From: Hormiphora californensis
Lineage: Eukaryota; Animalia; Ctenophora
Direction of reading: 5' to 3'
Length of the DNA stretch: 64,000 bases
NCBI GenBank assembly: GCA_020137815.1
Contig: CM035351.1
Coordinates: 1,054,001-1,118,000 of the forward strand
Below, piece by piece: positions 39,381 through 50,698 of the stretch (position 1 is its first letter; every line of letters begins with the position of its first letter). The position numbers were made by a program, and so were the translations under genes. Below the pieces are notes generated by a model. The model saw only the letters and a list, made by a program, of their open reading frames with translations, was not told the DNA's origin and did not search any database.

Positions 39381-40760
39381 GGGTACACCTCGGCGAAATT
39401 TTTGTCGAGTGCCCGCTTAGCTCTCCATATGGGGTTGTAGGGCATACCAAGCCGACCTCAAATATGCAATTTTAGCCCTTAACTCGAATTCATATTTTTG
39501 CTGCAGCCCCTCAAAGTAGGAAAAAAAGGACCCGAAATAGAGGATTTTAAGGTCCCTAAATTTTCATTTTAGGGGTAGCATGCTGAAATTTTGGGGATTT
39601 GTAGAGGATGCCAAGGTGTTTCAGCCAAAACAAAAAATTTTTGAAATGTTGCTCATTTTTTTGTCTGAGACCACTTTACTTTTTTTCAACTTTGAGGCCC
39701 TGTTTGTCTATGTTCCTATGGACTGGTAAGGATAAAAATTGGTGAGAAGATGCTCCTAACAATTTTTAAAGTAGCCACAAATTTTCAGAAGGTCCGAATT
39801 TGAAATGTGACCAGGAGAAAGGAAAATGTGGTGCTAGGGTATCTGCAAAAACCCTTATTTTTTTAGCAACATTGTACCTCATCCAAAAATTATAAGTTTT
39901 AGGGCTAGAGAGCTGAAATTTTGGGGATTTGTAGAGGATTCCCAGGTGTATCAGGGAAAATTGTAATTTTTGGTTTGGAGCCCAATTTTTTTTCCGGGAA
40001 TACTTCACTTTTCTTCGACTTTGAGGCCCTGTTTGACCATGTTCACATGGTCCGTTAAGGATGAAAATTGGTCAGAAGTTGCGTCTAACATTTTTCTATG
40101 TCGCTGCAAAATTTTATGCTTAACGATCAAGAAACACATCCCACAGAGAACAAAATGTGATGGTCGTATGTTGGAAAAAGGATATTTCCACATATCCGTT
40201 TCAGCGTTGTTTCAAGCAAAGTTTGCATCATCTAAGATTCGTAAAACATGAATTTATTCAACTTACCAGGTAAGTTACCTTTACAATTAGCGATGGCCAG
40301 CTTTTTCAAGTGCTTCAATCAACTGTAACAATACCTGAACCTTCCATACTACTGTCAATAGGTTACATTGTTATTATTTATTAATTTTCGCATGGTTCAA
40401 ATGCTATCTACTTATATATAGAGGCGCGAAAGTGTGTAAAAAATTTCAAATAAAACATTTTTCAAACTCCAAACCACAAAAAACAGACACTGAAAATATT
40501 CAAATTCCTATCATTACTATTATTATTGCATAACAGTTACGTAATCGGATCTTTTCAGCATGCTACCCCTAAAATGAAAATTTAGGGACCTTAAAATCCT
40601 CTATTTCGGGTCCTTTTTTTCCTACTTTGAGGGGCTGCAGCAAAAATATGAATTCGAGTTAAGGGCTAAAATTGCATATTTGAGGTCGGCTTGGTATGCC
40701 CTACAACCCCATATGGAGAGCTAAGCGGGCACTCGACAAAAATTTCGCCGAGGTGTACCC
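39381..40760. mobile_element. Non-autonomous DNA transposon, ~205-bp TIRs, TTAA TSD, GG..CC termini (Kolobok-like)
   Basis: ttaa|gggtacacctcggcg ... cgccgaggtgtaccc|ttaa; no transposase. Confidence 0.9.
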
Positions 40761-40900
40761 TTAATAAATTAGACGCTTTTCCCCTCCATGATTTATAGTA
40801 CCTCTAATAAATAAGTTACTAAAAAAGAAGTTAGAAGGTCTCTCCCTCTCACTCTCCCCTCCATATTTCATAGTATTATTCAAAACTCTCTCTCCCCTCT

Positions 40901-42352
40901 CTACTTCTTCTCCTCCTCCTCCTCATCCCCCTTCTCCTGTTGCTGGGGTGGCAGCTCCAGAGGCTCCACCAGCTGCTGGCTAAATATCAACTTCACAAAA
41001 TCATCATGAATTCTGTTCAGTGTCCTATTCTCCACCCCTTTCACATCAGCTCCCACTGCCATTTGAACATTGGTAAACCCGTCAGCAGTGACCAGCTCCA
41101 CCAACTCCCGTTTCATCCTCCTCACCATCCCAGGTCCCTGGTACACCAGAGCAGTGTATAGTTGGACTAGGGAGGCACCCGCCCTTATCTTCTCATAGGC
41201 ATCCTGCGCAGTACTGATCCCACCAACCCCAATAATTGGAACAGCCCCGTCTGTTAGCGTGTAAACCTTTCTAATCATAGCAGTAGATTTGTCCTTGAGG
41301 GGTGCTCCACTAAGCCCACCTTTAGCGGTCTTGTTATCACTAACAAGACTATCAGGTCGGGAAATGGTAGTGTTACTGACAATCACACCACTCACACCAT
41401 ACTGGGGGTTTAACACAATATCAACAATGTCCTGCAGCTGCTCATCCGTCAAATCAGGACTTATCTTCAACAACAAGGCCTTGCACCGGGTACCTCCGGA
41501 GCTCTTGTGTACCCGTTCCGCCCGTCCGGAGATGTGACGTAGCATCCGGGCGAGGTTGTCTTTGTGTTGCAAGTCCCGGAGACCCGGGGTGTTGGGGGAA
41601 CTGACATTAATGACAATGTAATCACTGAACTTTCCCAACTTTTCAACGCCTTTACAGTAGTCATTGGTTGGGTTCCGCGTTGTTTTGTTGATACCCAGGT
41701 TGAGGCCCAGGACACCATCCGCCGGAGGCAGAACAAACTTGACCAGGAATTTCGGGATGGTGATTTTAATCCCGGGAGATGGAGCATCTGCCGAGCCAGG
41801 TGCCGCTGATGTACCATTTCCCTTCTTTCCTTTTTGTGATGCTTTTTTCAACAGATTCACCGCTCCCCACGACCACCGCAAGTTTCTCTCCACCGCGTCC
41901 AGTCCCTTGCTGGGGAATCCGTAACAATTAATAACAGCCTGGTCATCAGACAACCTGAACACTCTAGGTTTTGGGTTGCCTGGCTGCGGTTTTGGGGTCA
42001 CACTCCCACCCTCAATAAACCCAAAACCCAGCCTGTGGAGAGACTTAGCTGCCTCGCAATCCTTATCGAACCCTGCCGCTAGCCCAATGGGATTGTTAAA
42101 GGTCATACCCATTACGGTGGTACGGAGACAGGCAGGTTTATAGTCTGTATCCCGGGGTGCTATCTTACAGCGGACAGCGTAGAGAGCCATTCGGTGAGCT
42201 ACCTCTGGGTCCAGTCTAGCAGCACAGGGCATGAGAATACTCTCCTCGAACACGTCATAGATCTCAGGGGTTGTGATGAGCCTTTGGGCACACCATGCCC
42301 CAATTGCGTAGCTCAGCCATTTTGTACCTCGGGATCGGTACCATGACGACAT
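40901..42352 (-). CDS. DHODH: Dihydroorotate dehydrogenase (quinone), class 2, mitochondrial; intronless
   Basis: DPEVAH, NPIGLAAGFDK, GSVTPKPQPGNPKPRVFRL, NVSSPNTPGLR, KISPDL, SNTT, GGLSG, IIGVGGI, GASLVQLYTAL. Confidence 0.97.
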   Translation of the reverse strand: MSSWYRSRGTKWLSYAIGAWCAQRLITTPEIYDVFEESILMPCAARLDPEVAHRMALYAVRCKIAPRDTDYKPACLRTTVMGMTFNNPIGLAAGFDKDCEAAKSLHRLGFGFIEGGSVTPKPQPGNPKPRVFRLSDDQAVINCYGFPSKGLDAVERNLRWSWGAVNLLKKASQKGKKGNGTSAAPGSADAPSPGIKITIPKFLVKFVLPPADGVLGLNLGINKTTRNPTNDYCKGVEKLGKFSDYIVINVSSPNTPGLRDLQHKDNLARMLRHISGRAERVHKSSGGTRCKALLLKISPDLTDEQLQDIVDIVLNPQYGVSGVIVSNTTISRPDSLVSDNKTAKGGLSGAPLKDKSTAMIRKVYTLTDGAVPIIGVGGISTAQDAYEKIRAGASLVQLYTALVYQGPGMVRRMKRELVELVTADGFTNVQMAVGADVKGVENRTLNRIHDDFVKLIFSQQLVEPLELPPQQQEKGDEEEEEKK

Positions 42353-42555
42353 CGCACAGCTATCATGGAGGGAGACATTTAGGGGGCCCGGGGGTAGGGA
42401 ATAAGGGAGAGAAGGGAATAGTGAATAGGGAAATGGGGGAGCAGGGAGCAGGGAATAAGAAACATGGCTAGATACAGGGGGTATAGTTAGGGCAAGTAAG
42501 GGTAAGACTAGTTATTAGAAACGAGCTAACAATTTTATTAAGTATAAAAACATTA

Positions 42556-43042
42556 TTATCCATCAAGTGTCTGTGCCTTATCAACCAAAACTTCTGAACT
42601 CTGGTCACTCTCTAACATAGCAATATCACTTTCAATCGAGTCTATATTCTGTTTCAAAACACCCTGCTCTGATTGTAACTCTCCCTGCTCTTCCTCTCTC
42701 CACTTCCTTCTCGAAAAGTTCTTCCAATCTTTGAGGGAGTACAACCCGCTGGCAAGAGCCACACCACCTATACCAACCACAAAACATGAAACTGTGATAA
42801 GGGTTGCTTTCTTGAGGGCCCTGCTAGCAAGTTTCACGGGGTCCTCAACCCCCTCCCCCTTGATCGGCCCTGACATGCCGTACTTCTTTTTCGAGCTGCT
42901 ATACCCCATTTTAAAGCCAGCAAGAAGTCCGATAGTTCCCAATACCAGCCGCAAATACAAGTTTCGCTACACGGATCTTGTGACGTTTCTCCAGAATTGG
43001 GTTCTTATTTTCCTCATTGGGTGAGGAGGGAGTAGCCGTCAT
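42556..43042 (-). CDS. TMEM242: TMEM242 (DUF1358)-like mitochondrial membrane protein; 5' part frameshifted as assembled
   Basis: GLLAGF....SKKK, EDPVKLASRALKKATL and GLYSLKDW parallel TMEM242 motifs; candidate ATG at 43042. Confidence 0.7.
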
Positions 43043-43336
43043 GTCTCTGCTGAGTTTACATGGTGATTGGGACTAAAGTGTGAGAGAAGGGGGTTAGGGT
43101 AAAATACTCAATAAACATAACACTCGAGAGACTTTCTGAAATATCCAGGTTAAGTTTTAAAGGAAAATACAATATATCACTCAATTCAGTATCCAGCACT
43201 GTCAAATATAAAACTTATAGGGAGTGACAACTCCATCTACTCTGTAGAAGTGGAAACTCCAACTACCTCTACTCTTACTCTGTAGAAGGGGAACTCCTCT
43301 ACTCCTCCACCTAGGACTGCCTCTATTCCCTCCACT

Positions 43337-44053
43337 CTATTCTGTCGGAGGAGCAACTGCATAGGGTCCAAACACCTGTTCCTCCCAAATAACCTTTCCA
43401 TCGCAAGCACAGATCCTCTTGGAATTCTGAGCGACCCCCGGTGACCGACCTATAATTCCACACGCCACCTTTTTTGAACCATCAACCGATTGAAGTACAA
43501 GTGACCGACCAATACAATCAGAAATGTCAAGCTTCTGACTTTCAGAGAAAAACCTCGTTTCACCCGCTGAACCGTCTGATTCGATAAGACCCAAAATTCC
43601 TTGGTCTTCCTTATCTGCTGAAGACAGGATGGGTCCGGTTGAAAGACATGCATTCGAAATGTCACCAAATTCGTTGACAGAAACCTGGTATCGACCTGGC
43701 TCCAGGCCAGACACCGTTCCATCGACACAGACAGAATCTTCATCTTGAACCAACCTGATGACACCTTTAGTACCAATACCACCAACAATGGCTACTGCAG
43801 CCCCTTTGATCGCAGCAGTACTACTAATCCCAACTAACTTTACATTGTCATAGACAGACTTTAGCTTGCTCTCGACCTCGTGAATTGGTCCGTTTGTCTC
43901 GAGTGTTAGCCGACCTGCCTCGTTGTCAAGATCCTTTACAACGCCAGTACCGGATAAAATCTTTTCAACAGATGCTGGTGTGGGATGATCGTGATTTTGG
44001 GGGAAGAGAAACTCAACCAATTTCATGAAAACGCCACAATACCTAAACAACAT
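43337..44053 (-). CDS. CCS: Copper chaperone for superoxide dismutase; intronless (true start may be the second Met, MKLVEF)
   Basis: HMA-like domain I; SOD-like domain II (GVIRLVQ, VDGTVSGL.PG, EFGDIS, IGRSLV); domain III ACGIIGRSPG..KRICACDG..IWEE. Confidence 0.93.
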   Translation of the reverse strand: MLFRYCGVFMKLVEFLFPQNHDHPTPASVEKILSGTGVVKDLDNEAGRLTLETNGPIHEVESKLKSVYDNVKLVGISSTAAIKGAAVAIVGGIGTKGVIRLVQDEDSVCVDGTVSGLEPGRYQVSVNEFGDISNACLSTGPILSSADKEDQGILGLIESDGSAGETRFFSESQKLDISDCIGRSLVLQSVDGSKKVACGIIGRSPGVAQNSKRICACDGKVIWEEQVFGPYAVAPPTE

Positions 44054-44670
44054 GAGTGTTAGTTTGGTTGTTCTCTCTATCCCTCTCTTTGCTGCTACTT
44101 GGATCCAGAAAGTAGAAACAAGTAGTGGCTTAATCGACTAAAAAAACGCGGCTTAGCCATCTGTTTTATTGCCGAACGCCACGGACTGCGCTAAGCAAAC
44201 ACACTTAAATTTTAATCAGAGGCTAAGTATTTAATCTTAGCGTAGATACACTTCAAACAGTGGTGTTCCGTCATATTGGCCGCCTGCATAAAGCGGTGTC
44301 CACGGACCACGACGTCTAAGACGCAGCCCGCAGCCATTGAATGGTTTTTGGATTTTGTGGAAAACGCTTTGGGCGGCCAATACGACGGAGCACCACTGAA
44401 AGGGTTCAAAAAAGCACAAACAGGCGATAGGGCAGTGGTTGGCCTATGCTACAGGCCCTAGAAGCCGTGGAAAACGCGCGCACTTGGGGTTGAGGCGAAG
44501 CACTCCACGCGTTCTGAGCTGTGATTGGTGGGCGTGACTTGATTGTGCATGACAAACTTTCATCAACTACAACGTAAAACTATTTATTGAGATATGTGAT
44601 ACGTCGATAACCTGAGATAACCTGTGATATCCTGTGATAATTACGATCAAGTCACTGGTATCTACTCCTT

Positions 44671-46218
44671 TTGCAGCCAACAACGACAACTGTGAGTACA
44701 CACAATCCCCTCGATCCCCACTCCACTAGTGAATCCTGCATATCCATCATGTCCACGACAAGAAGTGGGACGGAATTTTCACCGTTCGATGATCCAACCA
44801 CCACCCCTAAGGCAATCACTGTCCAAACCCTTGCCCATCCCAACCCTGCAAATCATCTATCAACGCCTCCACGAACCAATAACTTTTCAATGCCAATTCA
44901 AACTCCACGCCATTTCACATCCGCTCAACAATGTCTATGCAATGGGACCAAATCAAGTGGGCGTATGATCAAGTGTATCACGTGCAAATGCTGCTACCAT
45001 GACGAGTGCGTTAGCTTGAAATCCCTGAGCAAATTCCTTGAAATCTCTGAAGAGGGCCTTTTATGCGTTGATGACTGGGTTTGCCCGGAGTGTATCGTTA
45101 CTGCCCAGCTTCTTCGAGCCGGTAGTCCCTTGTTTGACGCTATTGCGACTAAAGCAGCTAAACTGATGGCTGACCAATCAAACATCCATAACAACTCTCA
45201 CCTTGATTCAACTGTTAACGCATGGCAACCAACAACCACTCCCGTTCAATCTGAAACCACTATGGGCATCTTGAACAATGAACATTTTCCACCGCTACCC
45301 TCATCCAACAGTAGCTCCTCACTTCAACGCACCGGCACAACATCCACCGACAGAACTAACAATGATACAACTCGTTCAGGTGTCCAAAACCAAACCCCTC
45401 CTAAGGTTACACCGAGAAAAGTACTTCCACCCCAGCCTCGATTGACGATCCACTGTGATGATGTGAAGGAGACGAGGAATGCTATCGACAAAGCCTTGGA
45501 AAATATACCTATCTCTCAAGCAAGGAACTTTTCTTCCTCGGTAAGAGTGTGGTTTCCCAATGAGGAATGTCAACAATTGGCCACAGAATGTTTGAAGACT
45601 GCAGGAGTGCTAGAGCAAACTGCCAGAGTGTCCGCTGAGGTAATGTCAAAAGTAGAACTCAGGTTTGTCCCTGTTGAGTCCCTCCCAAGAGATGCCACAA
45701 CGGAGGAATGTAGAAAATTCTGTCTCGAAAAGCTAACAGCGAAGAATGAAGTTCTGAGAACCTGCAAAGACCTTTCCGTTGTCTATTTCAAACGCATGCA
45801 TACAGACCCGGACCTAGCCACAGTTGTCCTGAAACTACCAGTGCAGCTGAAGGACAAGCTTATGTCTGACGGTAGGGTCTTCTTCCAAATGTCTTCCGTC
45901 AGAGTGTCTCATCGTGTACACATCAAGAGATGTCCTCACTGCCAAGCCCTTGGCCACTACCCTGATAAATGCCCGAAGAAATCCCATCCAGCGACATGTA
46001 TGTATTGTGCAGAAGAGCATTCTACTGAAAGCTGTTCACTGAAAGAGGACACTGAGAAACACCGCTGTAAAAACTGTATCAACAATTCAGGACTCTCCTC
46101 AGATGTTCAACCTCACCATGCTGGCTCACCTAAATGCCCAACGTACAAAGAGCACTATGATCGTATTTCAAAAAACTACCGTCAACGCAGCACCTTGCTC
46201 TCAAATACGGCAATCTAA
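44671..46218 (+). CDS. LINE ORF1: PHD finger plus gag-like Zn knuckles
   Basis: CLC..MIKCITCKCCYHDECV...WVCPEC; CPHCQALGHYPDKC, CMYCAEEH, CKNC..H.AGSPKCP. Confidence 0.9.
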   Translation: MQPTTTTVSTHNPLDPHSTSESCISIMSTTRSGTEFSPFDDPTTTPKAITVQTLAHPNPANHLSTPPRTNNFSMPIQTPRHFTSAQQCLCNGTKSSGRMIKCITCKCCYHDECVSLKSLSKFLEISEEGLLCVDDWVCPECIVTAQLLRAGSPLFDAIATKAAKLMADQSNIHNNSHLDSTVNAWQPTTTPVQSETTMGILNNEHFPPLPSSNSSSSLQRTGTTSTDRTNNDTTRSGVQNQTPPKVTPRKVLPPQPRLTIHCDDVKETRNAIDKALENIPISQARNFSSSVRVWFPNEECQQLATECLKTAGVLEQTARVSAEVMSKVELRFVPVESLPRDATTEECRKFCLEKLTAKNEVLRTCKDLSVVYFKRMHTDPDLATVVLKLPVQLKDKLMSDGRVFFQMSSVRVSHRVHIKRCPHCQALGHYPDKCPKKSHPATCMYCAEEHSTESCSLKEDTEKHRCKNCINNSGLSSDVQPHHAGSPKCPTYKEHYDRISKNYRQRSTLLSNTAI

Positions 46219-49085
46219 ACTGCAGATCGATGAACAACAAACTTGGTGAAATCTACGGGGCGTGCTGCGATCTTGACCTTGACGTACTCGGTTTGACAGA
46301 AACCTGGCTAGAAGACGGTGACGTAGTCACCCCTGCACTGATGAAGGAACTAGGATACAATCTCTATAGTTCGGCAAGAGGGGCAAGAGGAGGCGGCGTC
46401 GCTATCTTAGCGAGGAAAGCATTACGTGTAATACCTATCAAGACTAAGAACAAACCAACAACTTTTGAATGTATCGAAGCTACGATCGAAGGCGGGCATC
46501 TTCAGAAAACTAGATTGGTGGTGGTATACAGACCTCCTTCCTCTTCCAAAAAGGATTTCTTGGCAGAATTCGAAGAGTACATATCGTCACTAAACGGCCT
46601 CAGTGGACACCCTGTTATCTTGGGCGATTTCAATATCCATACTGAGGATGACGATGATCATACTTCAAACTCCTTCCGTGATTTGCTTGTAGATGAGAGA
46701 TGGACACAGCATGTCGAGGATCCAACCCACGAAAGTGGCGGTACATTGGACTTAGTGATAAGCAGAGATGATGAAGCTTCACCTAGGATTAGTGCAGTCG
46801 AGGTTGCAAAATCCTCCGTTTCAGACCATTATGCTGTCACATTCTACTTACACGTCGGAAAACCAATTCAGCAAGAAAGAAAAGCTGTTCTGTGCAGAAA
46901 CATGAAAAAGCTCACTGTTGAGGTCCTATCTATGAAAATAGATGAGTCACAGCTGATGTCAATCCCACGTCCCTCTACACTGGAAGGGTGTCTCAACCTG
47001 TACAACGTCTCACTTCGAGAAATACGGGATGAGATAGCTCCACTACAGGAAAAGGTTATTAAAGACTCGGATCACCCACCTTGGTATGATACTCTATGTG
47101 AGGAAGCTAAAACCTCCCGCAGGACACGAGAAAGAGCTCTGAAGACGACCTTGAAAGACTCCACGAAGAAAGAAGAACACAAAGAAGCTAGAACAGCTCT
47201 GAATAAAGCTATGAAAGAAACATCCAGATTTCTCATGAAAACCAGGATAAATTTCTATCGTGGAAAGCTTGACTACGTGGCTGATGATCCAGCTGCTGTC
47301 AGTGGGTTAATCAACAAACTACTGGGAAAAGACAAGATCCCACAGGAGCTTCCTAACGGGAATTCTTCGAGTGAAACAGCAGAAAACTTTGGCACTTTCT
47401 TCAAATCGAAAATCGAGGATATCTACGAGACGATCAGAGTTGAAAACGAACAATCTGAACCATTGCCAGAACTACCACAAACTGACTACACTGGTGCCAC
47501 ATTTTCATCCTTCCGTAAAGTAACTGAAGAGGAACTCAGTGCTATAATTCAATCTATGGAGAAAAAGCACTGTGATCTCGATCCTATCCCTACCAGCAAA
47601 CTCGTAGGTGTTCTCCCGAAGTTACTTCCTCTTATCTCTGACATTGTCAACAAAAGCCTACAAGAAGGTTTAGTTCCTGAACAGCTGAAGCAATCACTGA
47701 TTCGACCCTCGTTCAAGAAGAAAGGAAGCCCGGAAGAACTAAATAACTACAGACCGGTGTCCAACTTAGCTTTTATATCCAAGCTAATTGAAAAATGTGC
47801 GTCTATACAGCTTACGGAGCACCTTGAGACGAACGAACTGTTTCCAGGAGTTCAATCGGCGTACCGGAAACATCATAGCACCGAGACCACACTGGTAAAA
47901 GTAGTGAATGATCTTCTTCTAATTACAGACACGAAGTCGAAGGCGGTACTTGTATTGCTAGACCTCAGTGCTGCTTTCGACACGATTAACCATGAATTGT
48001 TACTTGGGAAACTGAGGAGGAATTATGGCGTTGAAGGTACTGCCCTTGAATGGTTTGCCTCCTACCTCAAAGATAGGAAAGCTTCTGTGAAAATTGAGAC
48101 CTCTACATCCTCGCCCTTAGCCATCAACATCGGAGTGCCACAGGGCTCTATACTTGGACCACTGTTGTTCATTCTGTACACAAAAGAGTTGGAAAGTATT
48201 GCTAGGCACTATGGACTAATGGTGGAGCTCTACGCTGACGATACTCAGTTGTATGTTTCTTTCAGCAACGATTCTCTCCTAGACCTCGAGACGAAACTGC
48301 AGGGTTGCTTAAACCACATCAAAGCGTGGATGTCCAAGAACTTCCTCAGACTCAACCCCAGCAAAACTGAAATAATCGTGTTAAACAACAAACATGATAA
48401 AACAGAAAACCCTGAAAGCCTTCAAACGATGAGCAACCATGAATCTACAAAGCCACTTACACTAGTAAGGAACCTTGGTGTATTTCTGGACTCAGAGCTC
48501 TCCCTATCTGGGCACGTATCCAGAACCGTAAGGACGTGTCAACTAGCCCTTATGAATCTTTGGAAAATCCACAGAATGTTGGGTGTTAATCTGAAAGTCA
48601 AACTCGTTAACAGTTTAATACACAGCAGACTGGACTACTGTAACAGCCTCCTTGCTGGTTCTTCTGCCAAAGACATAGGTCGATTACAGAAGATTCAAAA
48701 CTCTGCAGCCCGTTTCGTCTTTGGACAACGCCTCTACCAAGGCACCACAAACCTTCGCAAACAGCTTCATTTCCTACCCGTTCGAGAAAGAGTGCAGTAC
48801 AAGTTGTGTCTACTGACATACAAAACACTGAATGGTATAGCCCCACCTTACCTATCGAAGATGATAACACTCCGTCAACCGAAGTTAAAAAGTCTACGAA
48901 GGGATGCTGACAAAACCTTACTTGACAAGAACTATGCCAGATATTGTTCGAGTAAAGGTGCGTTTAGTGTCGCTGCTCCGGAAATATGGAATAGCTTACC
49001 TTCTTCTCTTCGGGAAAGCTCATCCATCACATCATTCAAATCCAACCTGAAAACCCACTTCTTCCGAAAGGCATACGAGTGCTAA
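46170..49085 (+). CDS. LINE ORF2: APE endonuclease plus reverse transcriptase (L2 clade-like); first ATG at 46230
   Basis: LNCRS, LTETW, GDFN, TLDL, SDH; YRPVSNL, LDLSAAFDT, GVPQGSILGP, YADDTQLY, SRLDYCNSLL. Confidence 0.96.
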   Translation, partial: KKLPSTQHLALKYGNLNCRSMNNKLGEIYGACCDLDLDVLGLTETWLEDGDVVTPALMKELGYNLYSSARGARGGGVAILARKALRVIPIKTKNKPTTFECIEATIEGGHLQKTRLVVVYRPPSSSKKDFLAEFEEYISSLNGLSGHPVILGDFNIHTEDDDDHTSNSFRDLLVDERWTQHVEDPTHESGGTLDLVISRDDEASPRISAVEVAKSSVSDHYAVTFYLHVGKPIQQERKAVLCRNMKKLTVEVLSMKIDESQLMSIPRPSTLEGCLNLYNVSLREIRDEIAPLQEKVIKDSDHPPWYDTLCEEAKTSRRTRERALKTTLKDSTKKEEHKEARTALNKAMKETSRFLMKTRINFYRGKLDYVADDPAAVSGLINKLLGKDKIPQELPNGNSSSETAENFGTFFKSKIEDIYETIRVENEQSEPLPELPQTDYTGATFSSFRKVTEEELSAIIQSMEKKHCDLDPIPTSKLVGVLPKLLPLISDIVNKSLQEGLVPEQLKQSLIRPSFKKKGSPEELNNYRPVSNLAFISKLIEKCASIQLTEHLETNELFPGVQSAYRKHHSTETTLVKVVNDLLLITDTKSKAVLVLLDLSAAFDTINHELLLGKLRRNYGVEGTALEWFASYLKDRKASVKIETSTSSPLAINIGVPQGSILGPLLFILYTKELESIARHYGLMVELYADDTQLYVSFSNDSLLDLETKLQGCLNHIKAWMSKNFLRLNPSKTEIIVLNNKHDKTENPESLQTMSNHESTKPLTLVRNLGVFLDSELSLSGHVSRTVRTCQLALMNLWKIHRMLGVNLKVKLVNSLIHSRLDYCNSLLAGSSAKDIGRLQKIQNSAARFVFGQRLYQGTTNLRKQLHFLPVRERVQYKLCLLTYKTLNGIAPPYLSKMITLRQPKLKSLRRDADKTLLDKNYARYCSSKGAFSVAAPEIWNSLPSSLRESSSITSFKSNLKTHFFRKAYEC

Positions 49086-49308
49086 AAAAAAACAATGTGT
49101 GAAGACAATTTATACTATGAGAATTGTAGTAGAGAGATGAGAGAGAGTTGAGGATCCCGAATTAGAGTGTGATACCGCGAAGTTAGAACGACCAGTACTC
49201 TTTTCACTCACTCTTTCTAAACTGGTCTTTCTTACTAATTTATATTTAATACTTGTTCTTTTTATGTGACTGATCTCCAGAACTCGGTAAAAAAAGAGCC
49301 TGGGTTAA

Positions 49309-50698
49309 GGGTACGCTAACCAAAATTTTTTTTCGAGTGCAGGGAAATCTCTCACCGTAGGGTTGTAGGCCATGCCAAGGAGACCTCAAATATGCAATTT
49401 GAGCTCTCAAGTCCAATTCATATTTTTGCTACAGCTGCTTGAAAAATGAACTGAAAATAAGTTTTTGGCATCTCAAAAAAAATTTTTTAAAGATAGGAGC
49501 ATAAAAATTTGGGGATTTGAAGAGGACATGAAGGTGAATAACCACAAAAAAAATTTTTGCAATCCGAGCTGATTTCCGGTCCTGAGACGGATTTCTTTTT
49601 TTCCACTTTAACGCCCTATTTGGCAAAGTTCCGAAAACATGTGAAAGCTGTAAATTGGTGAAAAGTTGCGTCTAACGATTATCTAAGTGGCCATAAATTT
49701 TGGGCGTGTCCTTATTTGAGATAAGCTGTACAGAGTTTTTTTTGTGAAAGCCGTCATTTCAGAAATAAATAAATTCCCTGTATCTCAAAAACGACTGATC
49801 GTAGAGACCTGAGACTATGCTTAAACGATTCAGAAGGTCCGATTTTGGGGGGGTCTTCTGAGAGACATTTTGCTCCTACTTCAACCGTTTTTGCTGTAAT
49901 TGCGAAAAACAAATTCTATGAAAAGGGCAAAAGCTAAACTCCAATATCCTGTAATTAGGGAATTTTAGCTAAGAAAGGACCGAAACTATGGAAAAGTGTG
50001 TAACAAGCTAATTCCTTCACTATTTGGTTCATATGGGTCCCTATAATCACCAAAAACAAAATCACAAAAAATCCACGATGGCGAAGATGGGTTTTTGTTT
50101 TTCGCAATTACAGCAAAAACGGTTGAAGTAGGAGCAAAATGTCTCTCAGAAGACCCCCCCAAAATCGGACCTTCTGAATCGTTTAAGCATAGTCTCAGGT
50201 CTCTACGATCAGTCGTTTTTGAGATACAGGGAATTTATTTATTTCTGAAATGACGGCTTTCACAAAAAAAACTCTGTACAGCTTATCTCAAATAAGGACA
50301 CGCCCAAAATTTATGGCCACTTAGATAATCGTTAGACGCAACTTTTCACCAATTTACAGCTTTCACATGTTTTCGGAACTTTGCCAAATAGGGCGTTAAA
50401 GTGGAAAAAAAGAAATCCGTCTCAGGACCGGAAATCAGCTCGGATTGCAAAAATTTTTTTTGTGGTTATTCACCTTCATGTCCTCTTCAAATCCCCAAAT
50501 TTTTATGCTCCTATCTTTAAAAAAATTTTTTTGAGATGCCAAAAACTTATTTTCAGTTCATTTTTCAAGCAGCTGTAGCAAAAATATGAATTCGACTTGA
50601 GAGCTCAAATTGCATATTTGAGGTCTCCTTGGCATGGCCTACAACCCTACGGTGAGGGATTTCCCTGCACTCGAAAAAAATTTTTGGTTAGCGTACCC
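49309..50698. mobile_element. Foldback-type non-autonomous transposon, ~600-bp TIRs, TTAA TSD (Kolobok-like), related to 39381-40760
   Basis: ttaa|gggtacgctaacc ... ggttagcgtaccc|ttaa. Arms ~49309-49912 and ~50094-50698 are near-perfect mirror images. Confidence 0.93.

Noticed and set aside
38897-39475. Cys/His-rich repeat proteins in all frames
   Set aside because: Translation artefacts of a stop-free 17-bp minisatellite.
40901-44053. Bacterial HGT or contamination for the intronless gene block
   Set aside because: CCS and TMEM242 are eukaryotic families, and the flanks carry splice-acceptor and polyA signals and host MITEs.
49429-50578. Pair of near-identical 65-aa ORFs on opposite strands
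   Set aside because: A by-product of the long TIRs; no protein motif.
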